Positions 41,581-42,823 of a DNA stretch of 42,823 nt are shown here, in pieces. This stretch comes from Verrucomicrobiota bacterium (GTDB taxonomy: Bacteria > Verrucomicrobiota > Verrucomicrobiia > Verrucomicrobiales > DEV007), in NCBI GenBank assembly GCA_045046875.1, contig JASFYY010000066.1, positions 1-42,823 on the forward strand. Reading direction: 5' to 3'. A model generated the notes under the pieces. The model searched no databases, was not told the origin of the DNA, and worked only from the letters and a program-made list of their open reading frames with translations. The first letter of the stretch is position 1, and every line of letters begins with the position of its first letter. The translations under genes and the position numbers were made by a program.

Positions 41581-41624
41581 AGTAGCACAAAAGCGACATT
41601 ATTATTTGTGCTACTAATTGTCGC
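41581..41624. promoter_or_regulatory. Interleaved inverted repeats in the divergent isomerase/AraC promoter region
   Basis: AGTAGCACAAA (41581-91) / TTTGTGCTACT (41605-15) and GCGACA (41593-98) / TGTCGC (41619-24). Confidence 0.55.
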
Positions 41625-41634
41625 ACCCCTAAGA

Positions 41635-42453
41635 GTGAAAAACTTTCGCCCATTATTGCTTGAAGATCTGCAGGTTGAGTCCGCCGGACTTGAGGTTCTG
41701 CGTTTGTGTGTGAATCAGCATTTGCCGGAAGCGGAGTGGGTGAGAAGGCACCGGCATGATTTTTCGCAGTGTTTGTTTTACCTTTCTGGTCACGGAGTGC
41801 AACAGGTGGAGGGCACGAATCATTCGGTGAGTGCAGGTTCTTTGATAACAGTGACAGCGGGCACGTCCCATGCTTTTGAAAAGAGAAGCGAGCGGGACCC
41901 CTTGTGCCTGGTGGTCGATTTTCGTTTGTTGGCAAAAACTCAGCAAGTGCCGCACGTTTCAACTCGTTTGCACGGACAGGATGTGACCTTGATTCGTCAG
42001 CGTTTGTCCTGGTTGATGTTGAAAAATGATCGTGATCATGATGTTGCGCTTCAAGCGAGGGAGGCGGCCACCTTACTTGATGTGACGGGCATTTTGTTGG
42101 GGCACGCTTTAGGCACAGCCGGAAACAAAACGGCAACACCAGTGAGCGAAAAAATCCATAGTATTATTCGTAAGGGAGACTTGCCATGTTTGTGCTTGGC
42201 GGATTTGATCGGACAAAGCGGTTTGCAGAAGGATCATTTGAACCGGGTGTTGAAAAAAGAGAGTGGTTTGACTTTGAATCAGATGTTGGATGAATACAGG
42301 CTGGAAAAAGCGAAGATTTTTTTATCCGATCCTGAACGACAAGTGCAACAGGCGGGGGCGGCTATTGGATTCATCGATGGCAATTATTTTGCCCGCTGGT
42401 TCCGCAAACAGACGGGGCAATCACCTGGGCAGTGGCGGAAACTGCGTTTTTGA
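41635..42453 (+). CDS. AraC family transcriptional regulator (cupin + HTH)
   Basis: HRHDF.Q..FYLSG.G cupin; HLNRVLKKESG and GFIDGNYFARWFRKQTGQSPGQWR HTH. Start likely GTG 41635. Confidence 0.92.
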   Translation: MKNFRPLLLEDLQVESAGLEVLRLCVNQHLPEAEWVRRHRHDFSQCLFYLSGHGVQQVEGTNHSVSAGSLITVTAGTSHAFEKRSERDPLCLVVDFRLLAKTQQVPHVSTRLHGQDVTLIRQRLSWLMLKNDRDHDVALQAREAATLLDVTGILLGHALGTAGNKTATPVSEKIHSIIRKGDLPCLCLADLIGQSGLQKDHLNRVLKKESGLTLNQMLDEYRLEKAKIFLSDPERQVQQAGAAIGFIDGNYFARWFRKQTGQSPGQWRKLRF

Positions 42454-42511
42454 CGAGCTTCCCTACTTGCGAAGGAGAGCTGTTGCCTATAGGAGTGGTG
42501 AAAAAGTAGCT

Positions 42512-42742
42512 ATGAAACTTTATCAGAACCAGTTGTGGCGTCAGGGGGATGCCTTGTATCGCATCGTCAATCTTGAACGTTTGTCGGTCGGCTATAAAAA
42601 AGTCGATGAGGCTCACGCTGAGGGAGGCATTCATCATGTGGTGACAAAAAAAGAATTCTGTCGTTTGATCAAAGGGGCGCAAGAGTTGTCTGCGGCCAAG
42701 GATAAAGGGGATAAAGGGGATAAAGGGGATAAATCGGTTTGA
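42512..42742 (+). CDS. Small hypothetical protein (76 aa) with DKG-repeat tail
   Basis: ATG 42512 after the AraC stop; protein-like sequence MKLYQNQLWRQG...TKKEFCRLIKGA. The longer 42290 ORF overlaps AraC. Confidence 0.65.
   Translation: MKLYQNQLWRQGDALYRIVNLERLSVGYKKVDEAHAEGGIHHVVTKKEFCRLIKGAQELSAAKDKGDKGDKGDKSV
42700..42733 (+). repeat. 9-bp tandem repeat GGATAAAGG x ~3.8
   Basis: Directly visible; in frame, encodes DKGDKGDKGDK. Confidence 0.9.
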
Positions 42743-42806
42743 ATGAAGCTGTCTTAACCGTATTAAGCACAGAATGCTCCAATGGGGGCGCGTCCTATCA
42801 AAAAAA

Positions 42807-42823
42807 ATCAGTGTTTATCAGTG
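42807..42823 (-). repeat. CACTGAT-dyad repeat, truncated by the window end
   Basis: ATCAGTGTTTATCAGTG matches the left arm at 40580-40596. Confidence 0.65.

Overview
A gene-dense chromosomal region. Gene content (DUF1501/DUF1549-DUF1553 pair, planctomycete-type ECF sigma, SHD1-PQQ protein) points to a PVC-superphylum bacterium, most likely Verrucomicrobia; this is an inference. Housekeeping genes (mdh 3' end, mtnA, secA, parA, hisI, tmk-holB, gyrB-gyrA) alternate with accessory modules. The most notable module is an apparently autoregulated three-gene signalling unit: a secreted vWA/MIDAS protein split by a +1 frameshift, a HAMP-less histidine kinase with a long low-complexity extracytoplasmic loop, and an OmpR/PhoB regulator, preceded by four direct repeats at exact 11-bp spacing. 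Divergent from it is a 2002-aa secreted orphan protein with an apparent ~720-aa internal duplication. Also present are a DUF6717 gene between 45-bp direct repeats, an ECF sigma/anti-sigma/cytochrome c-PSD1/DUF1501 operon, an AraC-linked sugar catabolism pair, and at least three families of REP/MITE-like palindromic repeats. No rRNA, tRNA, CRISPR array, transposase or integrase was recognised. All family assignments come from motif recognition by eye; no searches were run.
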